In this document: positions 63,344 to 64,000 of the stretch, piece after piece
Layout: each line of letters begins with the position of its first letter
Position numbering within the stretch: the stretch's first letter is position 1
Assembly: GCF_035594765.1 (NCBI RefSeq)
Contig: NC_085842.1
Coordinates: forward strand, 78,530,782 to 78,594,781
Origin: Anolis carolinensis
Taxonomy: Eukaryota
Direction of reading: 5' to 3'
DNA: 64,000 bases
Notes under the pieces: generated by a model
What the model was told of the DNA's origin: nothing
Database searches by the model: none
What the model saw: only the letters and a program-made list of their open reading frames with translations
Made by a program: the position numbers and the translations under genes

Positions 63344-64000
63344 GGGTTGCTGTGAGTTTTCCAGGCTGTATGGCCATGTTCCTGAAACATTCTCTCCTGA
63401 CATTTCACCCACATCTATGGCAGGCATCCTCAGAGGTTGTGAGGTCTCTTGGAAACTAGGCAAATGAAGTTTATAATCTTTGGAATGTTCATGGTGGGAG
63501 AAAGAACTCTTGTCTACCTGAGGCAAATGTGAATGTTGCTATTGGCCAGCTTGATTATAAGCTGGCCCCAATTGTTTCTTGTCTGGAATTCCATCTTCTG
63601 AGTGTTGTTCTTTATTTACTGTTCATTTTCATGGTTTCCTCTTTTCAATTGAAATTGTTCACATGGTTGTGGATTTCAATAGCTTCTCTGTGTAGTCTGA
63701 CATGGCGGTTGTTAGCGTGGTCCAGAATTTCTGTGTTCTCAAATAATATGCTGCTGGTTCATCAAGTGCTCTGCAATGGCTGACTTCTCTGGCTGAGTTA
63801 GTCTGCAGTGTCTTTCATGTTCCTCTATTCTTGTTTGGGTGCTGTTCCTTGATTCATGTCAGGGTCAGTTAACACCTCCCAACAAAGGATTCCACCAGGC
63901 AGGAAACAGCCAGGTATTGAAGCTGCAAGGTTATTCAATGCTAATCAAGATGATTAATTGCAACAGTCACACTTGCCACAAGCAGACAAAAGTTCTTCCA
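63344..64000 (-). mobile_element. Penelope-like element with an inverted pLTR segment, truncated by the window edge; contains a hammerhead motif at 63393-63437 (minus)
   Basis: Same GIY-YIG remnant and pLTR as 18620-19440; acctCTGAGGAtgcctgccatagatgtgggtGAAatgtCagg. Confidence 0.85.

Noticed and set aside
56303-64000. Search for NISCH exon 1 or a CpG-island promoter
   Set aside because: No matching coding sequence or CpG island was seen; exon 1 probably lies outside the window.

Overview
Vertebrate genomic DNA, almost certainly a squamate reptile and probably Anolis. This rests on Sauria SINEs, Anolis-type SINE2, young CR1, L1, L2, RTE, R4/Dong, Rex1, Penelope and hAT/Tc1/Harbinger MITEs. 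Two intron-rich genes lie head-to-tail on the minus strand. NISCH (nischarin) is present as coding exons 2-21 (56302->28275; 4188 nt including the stop codon, all GT-AG and phase-consistent); no exon 1 was found, so it probably lies beyond the right edge. STAB1 (stabilin-1) is present as coding exons 1-6 (21594->1169) and continues beyond the left edge. This matches the human NISCH-STAB1 arrangement. Introns and the intergenic region are dense with transposable elements, often nested, and there is one assembly gap (20074-20238). I found no evidence of a wholly new biological system. The most interesting signals are: (i) minimal hammerhead-ribozyme motifs in Penelope repeats inside both genes' first introns; (ii) signs of alternative C-termini made in NISCH intron 13 (a read-through peptide resembling a mammalian short isoform, and a strong in-frame cryptic acceptor); (iii) SPIN- and OC1-like hAT MITEs from horizontally transferred families; (iv) stacked R4/Dong insertions in a (TAA)n tract; (v) a ~540-bp foldback in STAB1 intron 6; (vi) young direct CR1 repeats flanking the STAB1 promoter and exon 1. 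Exon numbering, human comparisons and TE family names come from recall and manual reading, not from database searches.
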